The notes: a model not told the origin generated them from the sequence alone. A DNA stretch of 64,000 nt from Candidatus Moraniibacteriota bacterium (GCA_013334245.1 JAAXXZ010000002.1:21166-85165), one strand, 5' to 3'; numbered from the stretch's first letter, positions 1-10,549 are shown. Numbers and translations: made by a program.

Positions 1-2
1 GG

Positions 3-1949
3 TATTATGCCGCAGGCAAGATCAAGGGATCGCGCTTCATCAAGCGCGAGGGCCGTCCTTCGGACGACGCCATCCTTTCGGGGCGGGCGGTGGACCGTAC
101 GGTGCGACCGCTGTTCGACGGACGTATGAGAAGCGAGGTGCAGGTCGTTACGACCGTGCTTTCGTTCGACGGTGAGAACGATCCGGATCTCGTGGCGATC
201 ATCGCGGCCTCGGCGGCGCTCGCGATTTCCGATATTCCATGGAACGGTCCGGTCGGGGCGGTTCGGGTCGGACGGATCAACGGCGGCGATTTCATCCTGA
301 ATCCGACGACCGAAGAGCGCGAGAGTTCGCAGAATGCGCTTGACCTCATGATTTCCGGAACCAAGGACAAGATCAACATGATCGAGGCGGGAGCCAACGA
401 GATTCCCGAGTCTGAGATGGCGGAGGCTTTCAAGTTCGGTTTCGAGAGCGTTCAGAAGATCGCCACCTTCATAGAGGGTATCCGCGCCGAAATCGGAAAG
501 CCGAAGTCGGAAGCCATCATGCTCGCCGGCCCGGAAGGATTCGACGAGGATTTGAAAGCGTTCCTTCGAAAGGAAGGACTTTCCGAAGCCCTTTTCGCCT
601 TGGGGAAGAAAGAGGAAAAGGAAGCTCGCTTCAATGAGATCGCGAAGAAAATGAAGGAATACATCGCCGAAAAGTATCCGGAACAGGCATCCGGGTTGGG
701 CGAGGTTTCTTCCTTGGTCATGGACGAGGTTTCCGACGAGATATTGCACGAGAAAATCCTGAAGGAGGGTATCCGACCGGACGGACGCAAACTCGATGAG
801 ATACGGACCATCACGTCGCATGTCGGCGTGCTGCCGCGTACGCATGGGACCGGTCTCTTTACCCGTGGCGAGACGCAGGCGCTGACCGTGACGACCCTCG
901 GCGCTCCCGGCGATCAGATGATCGTGGACACGATGGAGGTCGACATGAAAAAACGGTACATGCATTTCTACAATTTCCCGCCGTATTCGGTGGGAGAGGT
1001 AAGGCCGATGCGCGGCCCTGGGCGGCGCGAAGTCGGACATGGAGCACTCGCGGAGAAGGCCCTTTTGCCGGTGTTGCCGCCGTTTGAGACATTCCCGTAC
1101 ACCATCCTGCTCGTTTCGGAGGTACTTTCCTCGAACGGCTCTTCGTCCATGGCGTCCACCTGCGGATCGACACTGTCGCTCATGGACGCGGGTGTTCCGA
1201 TCAGGAAGCCGGTCGCGGGCATCGCGATGGGCATAGTCGAGGGTGACGGCGAGTACCGCGTACTGTCGGATATACAGGGACTCGAGGATCACTTCGGCGA
1301 CATGGACTTCAAGGTCGCTGGGACCGCGGACGGTATTACGGCCATGCAGATGGACGTCAAGATAGACGGACTTACGCCGGAGACGCTGGCAGAAGCGCTG
1401 AAACAGGCGAAGGAAAGCCGCCTCTTCATCCTCGGAAAGATGCTCGAGACGATAGCCGAGCCGAGACAGCAGATGTCGGCGTATGCGCCGCGCATCATCA
1501 CCCTGCACATCAACCCGGAGAAGATTCGCGACGTCATCGGTCCGGGTGGCAAGATGATCAATAGGATCATCGATGAGACCGGAGTTTCCATCGATATAGA
1601 GGACGATGGATCGGTTTTCATCACCTCGACCGACGAGACAAGCGCCAAGACCGCCGTCGAATGGATCAATAACCTGACGCGTGAGGTGAAGGCCGGGGAG
1701 CTTTTCCAGGGTCGCATCACGAGACTGATGAACTTCGGAGCGTTCGCGGAAGTGCTGCCGAATCAGGAAGGGCTTATCCATATCTCCGAACTGGCGGACT
1801 ACCGTGTCGAGAAGGTGGAAGACGTCGTCAAGGTCGGTGATGTCATTCCGGTTGTCGTCAAGGAGATCGACAGTCAGGGACGAATCAACCTTTCGCACAA
1901 GGCGGCCGTCCGAAGACTCGAGTCGGAGGGTCAGGCGAGCGCCGAGTAA
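3..1949 (+). CDS. pnp: Polyribonucleotide nucleotidyltransferase (5'-truncated by window edge)
   Basis: RNase PH motifs (RREVGHG, SNGSSSMAS, GDMDFKVAG), KH (IGPGGKMI) and S1 domains; frame is open to the window start. Confidence 0.97.
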   Translation, partial: YYAAGKIKGSRFIKREGRPSDDAILSGRAVDRTVRPLFDGRMRSEVQVVTTVLSFDGENDPDLVAIIAASAALAISDIPWNGPVGAVRVGRINGGDFILNPTTEERESSQNALDLMISGTKDKINMIEAGANEIPESEMAEAFKFGFESVQKIATFIEGIRAEIGKPKSEAIMLAGPEGFDEDLKAFLRKEGLSEALFALGKKEEKEARFNEIAKKMKEYIAEKYPEQASGLGEVSSLVMDEVSDEILHEKILKEGIRPDGRKLDEIRTITSHVGVLPRTHGTGLFTRGETQALTVTTLGAPGDQMIVDTMEVDMKKRYMHFYNFPPYSVGEVRPMRGPGRREVGHGALAEKALLPVLPPFETFPYTILLVSEVLSSNGSSSMASTCGSTLSLMDAGVPIRKPVAGIAMGIVEGDGEYRVLSDIQGLEDHFGDMDFKVAGTADGITAMQMDVKIDGLTPETLAEALKQAKESRLFILGKMLETIAEPRQQMSAYAPRIITLHINPEKIRDVIGPGGKMINRIIDETGVSIDIEDDGSVFITSTDETSAKTAVEWINNLTREVKAGELFQGRITRLMNFGAFAEVLPNQEGLIHISELADYRVEKVEDVVKVGDVIPVVVKEIDSQGRINLSHKAAVRRLESEGQASAE

Positions 1950-1969
1950 TCTTGGAAAACAAAGCGTAG

Positions 1970-2002
1970 AAAGCGACCCGGACGTCCCGGGTCGCTTTTT
2001 TT
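1970..2002 (+). terminator. Intrinsic terminator after pnp
   Basis: aaagcgacccgg-acgtc-ccgggtcgcttt followed by a T run. Confidence 0.8.
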
Positions 2003-2061
2003 ACGCCGGATTCAATGTTATACTTGAACCGTTCCAAAAAATACCGATCCATTCACGCAGT

Positions 2062-3114
2062 ATGAGTGATCTCAAGGAAATGTTCGCAAAACGGGAGGGA
2101 CAGGAGGAACACGCCGACATAACGCCGGAGGAATATAAACATATTCATGTCATGCAGGACGATCTGGATGAACTTTCCGGAAAAAACACTGAAAAGCCCG
2201 TCGAACGGAACACGGAGGAGACGTCGATCGCGGCGGGAGGCAATCCGTTTCTCGGCGATGTTTCGGGCGCTGGCGCCGTTTCTCCGCAAGAATTGGGCGG
2301 TCCTTCGGAAACCAATGCGAAAACAAAGCTTCGGTCACTGAAAATCGATAGGAAAATACTGATCGTTTCCGGCGTAATCGTGCTCGTCATACTGATAGTC
2401 GCGGCCGTATTCGTAATCGTTGGTAGAAGTGCCCCGCCTCAGGATGTGCCTACCGGCGAAGATCTTTCGTCGAAAGCCGCCGTGACCCCGACCGTTTCGG
2501 AGAGTCTTTCCACTCCGGTCGATACGACGGAAAAGCCTTTCGTCGAGACCGGAGCGAATTACCTGCAGCTGAATACCGATTCGACGGATACGACGACAGA
2601 TGACATCGTCTCGATCCTTGACGAAACGGCATCTAAGATGAGCGTCATGGATACATCTGTTCCGGTCGAGTTCCTTGTCCGGGATATGAACAATAACCCG
2701 ATCGCGTTCTCGCGCTTCGCCTATCTTCTCGGACTGAAGCTTCCGGAGGAGCTGCTCGCGAACGTGAATGAGTCGTTTTCGCTGTATTTCGTGCGCGAAC
2801 CGATCGGTGTCCGCAGGGCGCTTGTCATCCAGGTAAAAGATGCCGAAAAGCTGAGCGCCACGATCGTGAAGAGCGAATCTTCTCTCCCGGCGTCGTTCAG
2901 TGCGTTATTGTATGGCAAGGGAGTCGTCGTTTCGTCCGCGCAGTCTTTTCGGGACGGCTCGTTCGGAACGATGCACACGAGGTTTTCCATCGTGAGTGCG
3001 GAAGCGGGACTTTCATTCGATCACGTGGTATTGGAAAAACGCTGGATCATCGGTACGAGCAAAGATTCGTTTGGTTCGGTCCTGGGCGGCGTGCTGCAAA
3101 AGATTTCAAAATAA
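2062..3114 (+). CDS. Single-pass membrane hypothetical protein
   Basis: ATG 2062 (MSDLKEMF); hydrophobic segment ILIVSGVIVLVILIVAAVFVIV followed by a globular domain. Confidence 0.75.
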   Translation: MSDLKEMFAKREGQEEHADITPEEYKHIHVMQDDLDELSGKNTEKPVERNTEETSIAAGGNPFLGDVSGAGAVSPQELGGPSETNAKTKLRSLKIDRKILIVSGVIVLVILIVAAVFVIVGRSAPPQDVPTGEDLSSKAAVTPTVSESLSTPVDTTEKPFVETGANYLQLNTDSTDTTTDDIVSILDETASKMSVMDTSVPVEFLVRDMNNNPIAFSRFAYLLGLKLPEELLANVNESFSLYFVREPIGVRRALVIQVKDAEKLSATIVKSESSLPASFSALLYGKGVVVSSAQSFRDGSFGTMHTRFSIVSAEAGLSFDHVVLEKRWIIGTSKDSFGSVLGGVLQKISK

Positions 3115-3133
3115 GCCTTGTCCAAGACAAAAG

Positions 3134-3171
3134 AAAAAAGTGACCGCATTTATTTTTGCGGTCACTTTTTT
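3134..3171. terminator. Bidirectional terminator hairpin
   Basis: aaaaaagtgaccgc ... gcggtcactttttt inverted repeat. Confidence 0.75.
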
Positions 3172-3240
3172 CGATCACGTGCTCGTGAAGGCCAGAGTGA
3201 TCAAGTATTCGCGAGTTGAAGCGAAAACGGAAAGACATGA

Positions 3241-3269
3241 TTGACCGCGCGATAAAAAAATGCTATACT
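3241..3269 (+). promoter_or_regulatory. Sigma70-type promoter
   Basis: TTGACC-17 nt-TATACT. Confidence 0.7.
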
Positions 3270-3275
3270 ACGGAA

Positions 3276-3792
3276 GTAAAGAACATTTAAAACGAAGTTG
3301 GTGAACGGAGAAAGAAGTTTCAGCCACGAACTCCCCCTGATCGTGACTGAAACCTCTTTCACTGTTCAAACGCATCAGGTTGAACTCTTCCTGGTGCAAC
3401 CTCGGATCTGACCCGGGGACCAAAACAAAAATAAACAAGCCGAAAAATAATATAATCGGCATGTTTGAAACAAAAAGAAAAAGAGAAAACAGTTCTTTCA
3501 AGAAAGGCTATATGCCAGAGAACGGTGAAAGGAAGTCGTCATAGCAGTCAGACAGACGGCAAAAACGGTATGTATGTTCACAAACTACATGCGGCAGAAT
3601 GGACTATGAGACATCTTCACACCCGGGGATGTGTAGTAGCCTCGCCACATGTTGGGACATGCAGTCGGGCGCTTCAGCCACATTATTTATATATTGGGCG
3701 CACGAAGCGCCCGACACCAACAATCTTTATCTCTGATTGTGATGTCGGGCGGTGGCGGATGGCGGTGGATGCCCTGATGGGGCGTTTTTTTA
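3276..3792 (+). ncRNA. Putative structured non-coding RNA of unknown class
   Basis: Lies between a promoter and a terminator-like hairpin, has no convincing ORF, and contains several long stems. Confidence 0.35.
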
Positions 3793-3827
3793 TTGCTTAA
3801 ACGTGGTGGGAGGGTTATTCTATCGAC

Positions 3828-4226
3828 ATGAAGGCTATCAGGCGCTTCCATCTCAAAAATCCTTTGGGAAATCGCGGAGAGAATGATGCCGCGACTTTCT
3901 TGCGGTCGCTCGGGTACAAGATCCTCGATAGGAATTACAGGAACGCTGTCGGAAAAGCGCTCGGTGAGATCGATATCGTCGCCAAAGACGGCGACGAGAT
4001 CGTGTTTGTCGAGGTGAAAGCTCGGACCGCATCGGAACGCTCATCCGTTCTTCCCGAGGAAAGCATAACGTTTGGAAAACTGAGAAAACTGGAAAGAATA
4101 TCGTCGGCATATCTCCGGGAAAAATCCGTGCTCTCGGCGCAGTATCGCTTCGATGCCGTGCTTGTGATGTATGGCGACTCTCCACACGGAAGTGAGATAC
4201 GCCACTTCAAAAGTATTTTTCTTTGA
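3828..4226 (+). CDS. yraN: YraN family (UPF0102) putative endonuclease
   Basis: LGNRGENDAA..L...GY.IL.RNYR and GEIDIVA..FVEVKAR motifs. Confidence 0.92.
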   Translation: MKAIRRFHLKNPLGNRGENDAATFLRSLGYKILDRNYRNAVGKALGEIDIVAKDGDEIVFVEVKARTASERSSVLPEESITFGKLRKLERISSAYLREKSVLSAQYRFDAVLVMYGDSPHGSEIRHFKSIFL

Positions 4227-4345
4227 ATCCCTATGTCTGAGGAAGTGAAAGATATCGCTTAAACGAAGCCAAAACGACGTTGCGTGACTTTACTTTCACA
4301 TGCCTTCGTCGTACAATTGACTCGTATAATCCTGTATTCAAACGT

Positions 4346-4705
4346 ATGACTGTCAGCAGCGAATTCCTGGAAGAGATGAAGGAGGCTCTTCTGTTGGAGA
4401 AGTCCCGGATGGAGGCGGAGCTTGGCCGATTTGCGGATAGGACGGATATTCCCGGTGATTACGAGACCCGCTTCGAGGATATCGGAAACGACCGGGATGA
4501 TAATGCGACCGAAGTCGAGCAATACGCGGATAATATCGCTCTTGAGGAGAATCTGGAAGGCCAGCTGTCCGAGGTAAACGAGGCCATTTCAAGGATTGAT
4601 GCCGGCACATACGGCGTATGTGTCAGTTGCGGTGCCGATATCGAAGAGGGCAGACTTCGGGCATATCCGGCCGCGAAGGAATGCATGGCCTGTTTGAAGA
4701 AATAA
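4346..4705 (+). CDS. TraR/DksA C4-type zinc finger protein
   Basis: Coiled coil plus GTYGVCVSCG..I...RL.AYP.A..CMAC. Confidence 0.9.
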   Translation: MTVSSEFLEEMKEALLLEKSRMEAELGRFADRTDIPGDYETRFEDIGNDRDDNATEVEQYADNIALEENLEGQLSEVNEAISRIDAGTYGVCVSCGADIEEGRLRAYPAAKECMACLKK

Positions 4706-4709
4706 GTAG

Positions 4710-5135
4710 ATGCTTTCTTGTATTGAAAAAATTCACGTGAAAGGCCGCGAAATGTTATTGTTCGCGGTCTTGTTGTTTGCGGACCTGTCAGTGAAGAGCT
4801 TGTTCGAAGATTCTTCTCGTGCTTATTGTAATCCGGACGGTCCATGGGGGTGGCGAATCGGTATCGGAATGATGACCGTCTTGGTGATTTTTGCGTTGGC
4901 TGGAATCGTGACCGCCTTCGTTCGAAACAGGTCGATGTCGTTCCGTATCGTTCTTATCGTGATTTTGGCAGGTGGGACGGGCAATCTTCTGGATAGGGCA
5001 CTGCTCGGTTGCGTGCGTGATTACACGATCGTACCATGGTTTCCCGCATTCAATTTGGCTGACATGATGATTACCGCGGGCGCGGTACTGGCGCTATGGT
5101 TTGCAGGTATCCGTCGTTCCGACGGACACGTGTGA
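4710..5135 (+). CDS. lspA: Lipoprotein signal peptidase II
   Basis: GG.GNLLDR...GCVRD and FPAFNLAD motifs; hydrophobic. Confidence 0.85.
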   Translation: MLSCIEKIHVKGREMLLFAVLLFADLSVKSLFEDSSRAYCNPDGPWGWRIGIGMMTVLVIFALAGIVTAFVRNRSMSFRIVLIVILAGGTGNLLDRALLGCVRDYTIVPWFPAFNLADMMITAGAVLALWFAGIRRSDGHV

Positions 5136-5162
5136 TATAGTTGAAGCACCTATCGAATCAAT

Positions 5163-6686
5163 ATGCCTGCACGAATATTTTCCGTCGCCACGGTCGGACT
5201 CGACGGGGTGACGGTCGAGGCCGAAGTGGATGTCCTGAATCAGGGATTGCATGCGTTTACGCTCGTCGGACTGCCGGATACCTCGGTGAAGGAATCCCGT
5301 GAGCGCGTCAGTTCTTCGATCAAGAACAGCGGTTTCAAGCCGCCACACCAGAACGGTCGCATCACCGTCAATCTGGCCCCGGCGGATTTGCCGAAACAAG
5401 GGCCCGTGTACGATCTTCCGATAGCGCTCGGCTATCTTCGTGCTACCGGACAGTTGGATTTCGAACCCGCGGGAAAGCTGTTTCTTGGGGAACTCGCGCT
5501 CGATGGCGCCGTACGACGCGTAAATGGCGTGATTTCGGCGGCCGTATTGGCACGTGACGCCGGTTTCCCGGAGTTGTACGTACCTGCGGAGAATGCGGCG
5601 GAGGCGTCGCTTATTCCGGGCATAACCGTCTATCCCGTACGGAATCTCTTGTCACTCGTGTCCCATCTGTTGGGTCGCGAGCGTATCGAGGCCTTCGTGT
5701 CCGAAGAGACGCCGTTTGTCGAAGACTCGAAGGATGTTCTCGATATGTCGGAGGTGCGCGGTCAGGAGCATGCGAAGCGCGCGCTTGAAATCGCGGCTTC
5801 CGGGGGTCACAATGCGATTTTGGTCGGCCCGCCGGGATCGGGAAAGACATTGCTTGCGCGAGCTCTTCCGACCATTCTTCCCGCGTTGTCCCTTTCGGAA
5901 AGCCTGGAAGTGACCAAGATTTTTTCGGTCGCCGGAAAGCTGTCGGCGGAAAAGTCGCTCGTACGTCGTCGTCCGTTCCGATCACCGCACCATAGCGCAT
6001 CGGCGATTTCGCTTGTGGGAGGAGGGACCGTTCCGCGGCCTGGAGAAGTGAGTCTGGCACATCGTGGCGTGCTGTTTCTCGACGAATTTGCGGAGTTTCC
6101 GAAGTCCGTGCTGGAGAACCTTCGTCAGCCGCTTGAGGATGGCCATGTGTCGGTTTCCCGCATCAAGGGAACAAGCACGTTTCCTGCCAGGTTTACTCTG
6201 GTCGCGGCCATGAACCCGTGTCCGTGCGGGTACGCCGGGGATCCGGAACGTATGTGCTCCTGTTCGCCGTTTCATGTGCTCCGATACAGGGAAAAGATAT
6301 CCGGGCCGATACTCGACCGCATCGATCTTCAGGTATCCGTTCCGCGACCGAAAATAGAGAAACTCGAGGAAACCGGACGGGGAGAGTCGAGCGCCGATAT
6401 ACGGGAACGGGTGGAGGCTGCCAGGGCGCGGCAGGAGCGTCGTTTCGAAGGCAAGACGATTCATACCAACAGCGAGATGGGTCCGGAGATGATACGGGAG
6501 TACTGCAGACTTGATGAGGATTCGAAACAGTTGCTTCGCGGAGCCGTTTCAGAGTTGAAATTATCCGCCAGAAGCTATCATCGCATCCTGAAAGTCTCCC
6601 GGACGATCGCCGACCTTGCCGGATCGGAAGATATCCTGATGGGCCATGTCGCGGAAGCACTGCAGTTCCGATTCCGCAGCGAGTAA
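5163..6686 (+). CDS. comM: YifB/ComM Mg-chelatase-like AAA+ ATPase
   Basis: VGLPD..VKESRERV, GPPGSGKT, PFRSPHH, AAMNPCPCG. Confidence 0.95.
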   Translation: MPARIFSVATVGLDGVTVEAEVDVLNQGLHAFTLVGLPDTSVKESRERVSSSIKNSGFKPPHQNGRITVNLAPADLPKQGPVYDLPIALGYLRATGQLDFEPAGKLFLGELALDGAVRRVNGVISAAVLARDAGFPELYVPAENAAEASLIPGITVYPVRNLLSLVSHLLGRERIEAFVSEETPFVEDSKDVLDMSEVRGQEHAKRALEIAASGGHNAILVGPPGSGKTLLARALPTILPALSLSESLEVTKIFSVAGKLSAEKSLVRRRPFRSPHHSASAISLVGGGTVPRPGEVSLAHRGVLFLDEFAEFPKSVLENLRQPLEDGHVSVSRIKGTSTFPARFTLVAAMNPCPCGYAGDPERMCSCSPFHVLRYREKISGPILDRIDLQVSVPRPKIEKLEETGRGESSADIRERVEAARARQERRFEGKTIHTNSEMGPEMIREYCRLDEDSKQLLRGAVSELKLSARSYHRILKVSRTIADLAGSEDILMGHVAEALQFRFRSE

Positions 6687-6785
6687 GGTGTCCTGGAAAT
6701 CTTGAGAGAAACGAGTATTCCGTATCCCGAGCGCCGATGGCGGCGAGTGGAAAGCATTTCGTAAGCGTGATAACGATGTTCTGGC

Positions 6786-7736
6786 ATGAGCAGAAAAAGA
6801 ACCACTATTATCAGCGCCGTCATTCTTGGAAGCGTAGCCATCGCCTCCTTTTTTATCATGTCGCAAAAAACCGCCCACATATATGGTTCATCCGCGCCGA
6901 AATTCGTTTCCGTGGTCGTCGACGGGTTTCCCATGTCGTACCCTTCGGTGACGGAATTGACTGTCGGGGGCTTTATTGACGGTCTTGGCATGGACATATC
7001 GTCGCGAGACGACGTTTTCCCTTCTCGGGACGTTTTGCTTTCATCGGGTATGAACATCATCGTGAACCGCCTGAAGACCGTCTCGATCCGCGCGGACGGG
7101 GAAACGCGGGAAATTAAAACGAATGCGCGGACCTCGGGGGAAGCGCTTATGGAGACGGATATTACGCTCCGTGAAGAGGATTTGGTCGCTCCGGCACGGG
7201 AAGCGCTGCTGTCCCGAAGCGAAAAAATCACCGTGACCCGCGTCGAGATTCGGGAAGAATCGACGGAGAAAAAAATCGCATTCGAGACGAAAACCAAGGA
7301 AGATGATACGCTGAGCTGGAGGAAGAAGGTCACCGAACAGAAAGGCGAATACGGGATACGGACCTACCGGTATCGTGTGAGCTATCATGATGGAAAGGAG
7401 GTCTCCCGAAAGCTGTTGGGCAGCGAGGTGACCAAGGAGCCGGTTACGGAGATCGTCGTGCAGGGGACGTATGTCAAAACAGGGAAAGCGGTCCGAGGGA
7501 TGGGAACGTGGTATTCGTATACCGGAAAGCGTGCGGCGGCAAGCCTTTCCTTGCCCCTGGGCAGTTATGCCAGGGTCACGAATCCGGCGAACGGAAAGTC
7601 GGTCATTGTCGTCATCAATGACAGGGGTCCGTACGGAAAAGGAAGGATTATCGATCTGGACAAGGTAGCCTTTGAGGAGATAGCATCACTCGGGGCGGGG
7701 GTCATCGATGTGAAAGTGGAGCTGGTACTGAACTAG
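6786..7736 (+). CDS. G5 domain plus RlpA-like DPBB cell-wall protein (YabE/RpfB-like architecture)
   Basis: N-terminal TM, DUF348-like segments, G5 (KEPVTEIVVQGT), C-terminal VINDRGPY..RIIDL; lies upstream of rsmA. Confidence 0.85.
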   Translation: MSRKRTTIISAVILGSVAIASFFIMSQKTAHIYGSSAPKFVSVVVDGFPMSYPSVTELTVGGFIDGLGMDISSRDDVFPSRDVLLSSGMNIIVNRLKTVSIRADGETREIKTNARTSGEALMETDITLREEDLVAPAREALLSRSEKITVTRVEIREESTEKKIAFETKTKEDDTLSWRKKVTEQKGEYGIRTYRYRVSYHDGKEVSRKLLGSEVTKEPVTEIVVQGTYVKTGKAVRGMGTWYSYTGKRAAASLSLPLGSYARVTNPANGKSVIVVINDRGPYGKGRIIDLDKVAFEEIASLGAGVIDVKVELVLN

Positions 7737-7844
7737 CGGGAAACGAAAAGAAAAGTGAAAAAAGGAAGGACGGGAATATTCGTATCACATTCACCTTCCG
7801 TTCGTTTCATCCCATGAAGATTCTGCACAATATATACTACAGAT

Positions 7845-8666
7845 ATGGAACAAGTGAAGGCGAAAAAATCACTCGGACAGAACTTCCTCCGCGATGTCGA
7901 TATCATCGACGGGATTTTGGAAATCGCGGACCTCGGATCGGAAGATCGGGTGCTTGAGATAGGTCCGGGAACGGGTGCTCTCACATCTCATCTGCTCGCG
8001 CACGTGGCGTCCGTGACCGCCGTCGAGATCGATCACGACATGATCGTCCGTCTCGGAGAGACCTTTTGCGAATCCAAGGGCTTGTCTTTATTGGAAGCGA
8101 ATATCCTCGACATGGATCTCGGCACCTATCTTCGCGACGCCGGTTTCGAGGATGGAAAGTACAAGATCATCGCGAATATCCCCTATTACATAACCGCTCC
8201 GATCATCCGTCTCCTCTTGTCTTTGGCGATACGTCCGGAGAGGATGGTGCTCATGGTGCAAGAAGAGGTAGCCGATCGACTTTCCGCGGCGCCAGGCGAC
8301 ATGAGTCTCCTCTCGCTTATGGCACAGTACTATGCCGACGTTTCGAAGGAACTGTTTGTGCCCCGATCCGCCTTCATTCCCGAGCCGAAGGTTGACAGCG
8401 CGGTGATCAGGCTCGTTCCAAAACGTCCGTATTCGAAGGATACGGATAGGATTCTTTTCCGCACGGCGAGAGCTGGATTCGCCGCGAGGAGAAAGACCCT
8501 CGCGAACAATCTGTCATCCGCTTTTCATATCGAGCGGAAACAAGCCGAAGAAATGATCGTCGGAATCGGGCTTGGTCGCCTGGTCCGTGCGCAGGAACTG
8601 TCGGTCGAGAACTGGATCACGCTTTCAGAGGAGGTCGAGGCTATGCGGAACGAAACCGGAAATTGA
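7845..8666 (+). CDS. rsmA: 16S rRNA adenine dimethyltransferase
   Basis: KKSLGQNFL, VLEIGPGTG, ANIPYYIT, PKVDSA. Confidence 0.97.
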   Translation: MEQVKAKKSLGQNFLRDVDIIDGILEIADLGSEDRVLEIGPGTGALTSHLLAHVASVTAVEIDHDMIVRLGETFCESKGLSLLEANILDMDLGTYLRDAGFEDGKYKIIANIPYYITAPIIRLLLSLAIRPERMVLMVQEEVADRLSAAPGDMSLLSLMAQYYADVSKELFVPRSAFIPEPKVDSAVIRLVPKRPYSKDTDRILFRTARAGFAARRKTLANNLSSAFHIERKQAEEMIVGIGLGRLVRAQELSVENWITLSEEVEAMRNETGN

Positions 8667-8697
8667 CATCCGGCGGACCGTCGAAAAAACCTCAGTA

Positions 8698-8722
8698 AAA
8701 AAGCCGGCCTGAGCCGGCTTTT
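8698..8722. terminator. Bidirectional terminator between convergent genes
   Basis: aaaagccggc-ctga-gccggctttt. Confidence 0.75.
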
Positions 8723-8750
8723 GCGGTCGATACGCCTATCGTTTTGTCCT

Positions 8751-10427
8751 TCACGAAAGAAGGATGAGTGCGACGCAGATGCCGTACAGGGCGATGAAAA
8801 GCATATTCCATGCCGGAAGTGAGCGGAAAGAACCCCAACGGGAACTCTTTTTCCCCGCGCGCCGAATACTCATGAACGCGAGTGATCCGAAGAGAAAGGC
8901 CGGCAAGAACAGGCCGGCATCATGCAGCGCGATTGGGCTGCCGACATAGCATGCGAATAGGACGCTGCCGAGAAAAAGCCGGGCTTTTTCTTCGCCGAGT
9001 ATGACGGGAATGGTGAATACCCCGTCTTGTCTGTCTCCCTTCATGTCTTTGAAGTCTTTGAGCGGTATGGTGGCCGCATAACAGACGAAAAGGAACGCGA
9101 GCAGAGGAAGCGGAACCGGGCTGATCGTGGGAACAGGTGCGATGACGGAGTAGCCGGCAAGCATGACGGCGATTCCTGCCGCCGCCGAGAGCGCCGTCGC
9201 GACGACGGGTATCCGCTTGAGACGGAGTGGGGGCATGGAGTATATCCATGCAATCGCCTGATAGGCCAGGAGGAACAGCATGCTTTTAATGCTGACAATC
9301 GAGGAAAACAGGATGGAGGTGAAAAAGAACAGTATTCCGATATGACGGTATCGGTACTCCGATATGGAGCGAACCGGCAACGGGCGGGACGGATTGGTAA
9401 TCGCGTCGATATGGCGGTCCGTCAGGTCGTTGCCGATCACGGAGGCAAGCCACGCGCTTTCGACGGCTATGACCATGACGATGACGGAAAGGATTTCGAA
9501 GAGTCTGAAGTCGGGTTCCGCACCGGCATAGATCATGGCGAGGCATCCGCCGAGAAGGAGGAGGCCTCCATGCCAGAAGACCTGTGGCCATCGTACGTTT
9601 CCGAGGAGGGCGAGGAATGTCTTTCTGAACGAATGAAAAAGGAGTATGCCGACGGAAAGAACTGACAAAATGGCGTATACGAGACTCATGCGATAGCCGA
9701 GCGACATTCGGGGATCTGCCATCTCCATCCCGAAAAACTTTTTGGTGGAGAGCATGTACCCGGCGATATCCGCGCCCGTGACGTGGAACAGTCCCTGCCG
9801 GGAAGCCAGGGCGCCGATCGCGATATAGGAGGGAAACGTGCCGAGAATGTAGAACACGAGATACGACAAGAAGACGATTCCGACGGAGCGGAGCGGTTTA
9901 CGGGTGCGGAATAACGAATACAGACCGAGAGCGATGCTCATGGCGGCGACTTCGAACCGGACCCCGTATGTGATTCCTATGTCCGGTCTGCCTCCGAAAA
10001 AGTGGAAAAAACCGGAGAAAAGTCCCGAAAGTCCGTCGAGCTGGTAGAAGCTCCAGAACGCCTGGTCGCCGAAAATCATCTTGTCGATAATCGGCGGTGT
10101 CCAGATGATGAGAAATCCGGCGAGGAGCAGATTCGTGGCGCGAGACCATGATGTGGCTCCGGCAAGTCGCGCGACAGGTAAGAAAAGGAGGAACGCGAAG
10201 AGAAAGAACAAAAACGTATGTGAGAACTCGTAGAGCATGTAGTTCAGCGGCTCAGAGCCGAAAAGATTCGTCCCGAGCTCGATCAGGATTCGGACGATAA
10301 TGATGGCGAAGAACGCCGTCGCAAAACCTCCGAGGGTGAGGGGCGCCGCTTCTATCGCCTCAAAAAGATCGGTAATTGCCTTATTGAGTCGTTTTAGCGC
10401 TCGACGAAGGGTTGATTTGTTGCTCAT
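8751..10427 (-). CDS. UbiA-family prenyltransferase with an extra N-terminal multi-TM domain
   Basis: NDLTDRHID..NPSRP and KDFKDMKGD Asp-rich motifs, YSMPPLRLK; about 280 aa additional membrane region. Confidence 0.85.
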   Translation of the reverse strand: MSNKSTLRRALKRLNKAITDLFEAIEAAPLTLGGFATAFFAIIIVRILIELGTNLFGSEPLNYMLYEFSHTFLFFLFAFLLFLPVARLAGATSWSRATNLLLAGFLIIWTPPIIDKMIFGDQAFWSFYQLDGLSGLFSGFFHFFGGRPDIGITYGVRFEVAAMSIALGLYSLFRTRKPLRSVGIVFLSYLVFYILGTFPSYIAIGALASRQGLFHVTGADIAGYMLSTKKFFGMEMADPRMSLGYRMSLVYAILSVLSVGILLFHSFRKTFLALLGNVRWPQVFWHGGLLLLGGCLAMIYAGAEPDFRLFEILSVIVMVIAVESAWLASVIGNDLTDRHIDAITNPSRPLPVRSISEYRYRHIGILFFFTSILFSSIVSIKSMLFLLAYQAIAWIYSMPPLRLKRIPVVATALSAAAGIAVMLAGYSVIAPVPTISPVPLPLLAFLFVCYAATIPLKDFKDMKGDRQDGVFTIPVILGEEKARLFLGSVLFACYVGSPIALHDAGLFLPAFLFGSLAFMSIRRAGKKSSRWGSFRSLPAWNMLFIALYGICVALILLS

Positions 10428-10549
10428 AAATCTAAATGTGACTTATAACTTTCTTATTATAGACGGTTTTCATAAATTTGAAGACTTCTTTCTGAAATTG
10501 GACCCATTGCGTTTCCCTGGTATACTGTACCCGTGGGGTTATCCGATAC

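Noticed and set aside
3465-3800. 111-aa ORF in the intergenic region
   Set aside because: TTG start, no recognisable motif, and it runs through hairpins and a terminator
6687-6785. c-di-AMP riboswitch upstream of the G5/RlpA gene
   Set aside because: The interval is short and I could not find the ydaO consensus motifs
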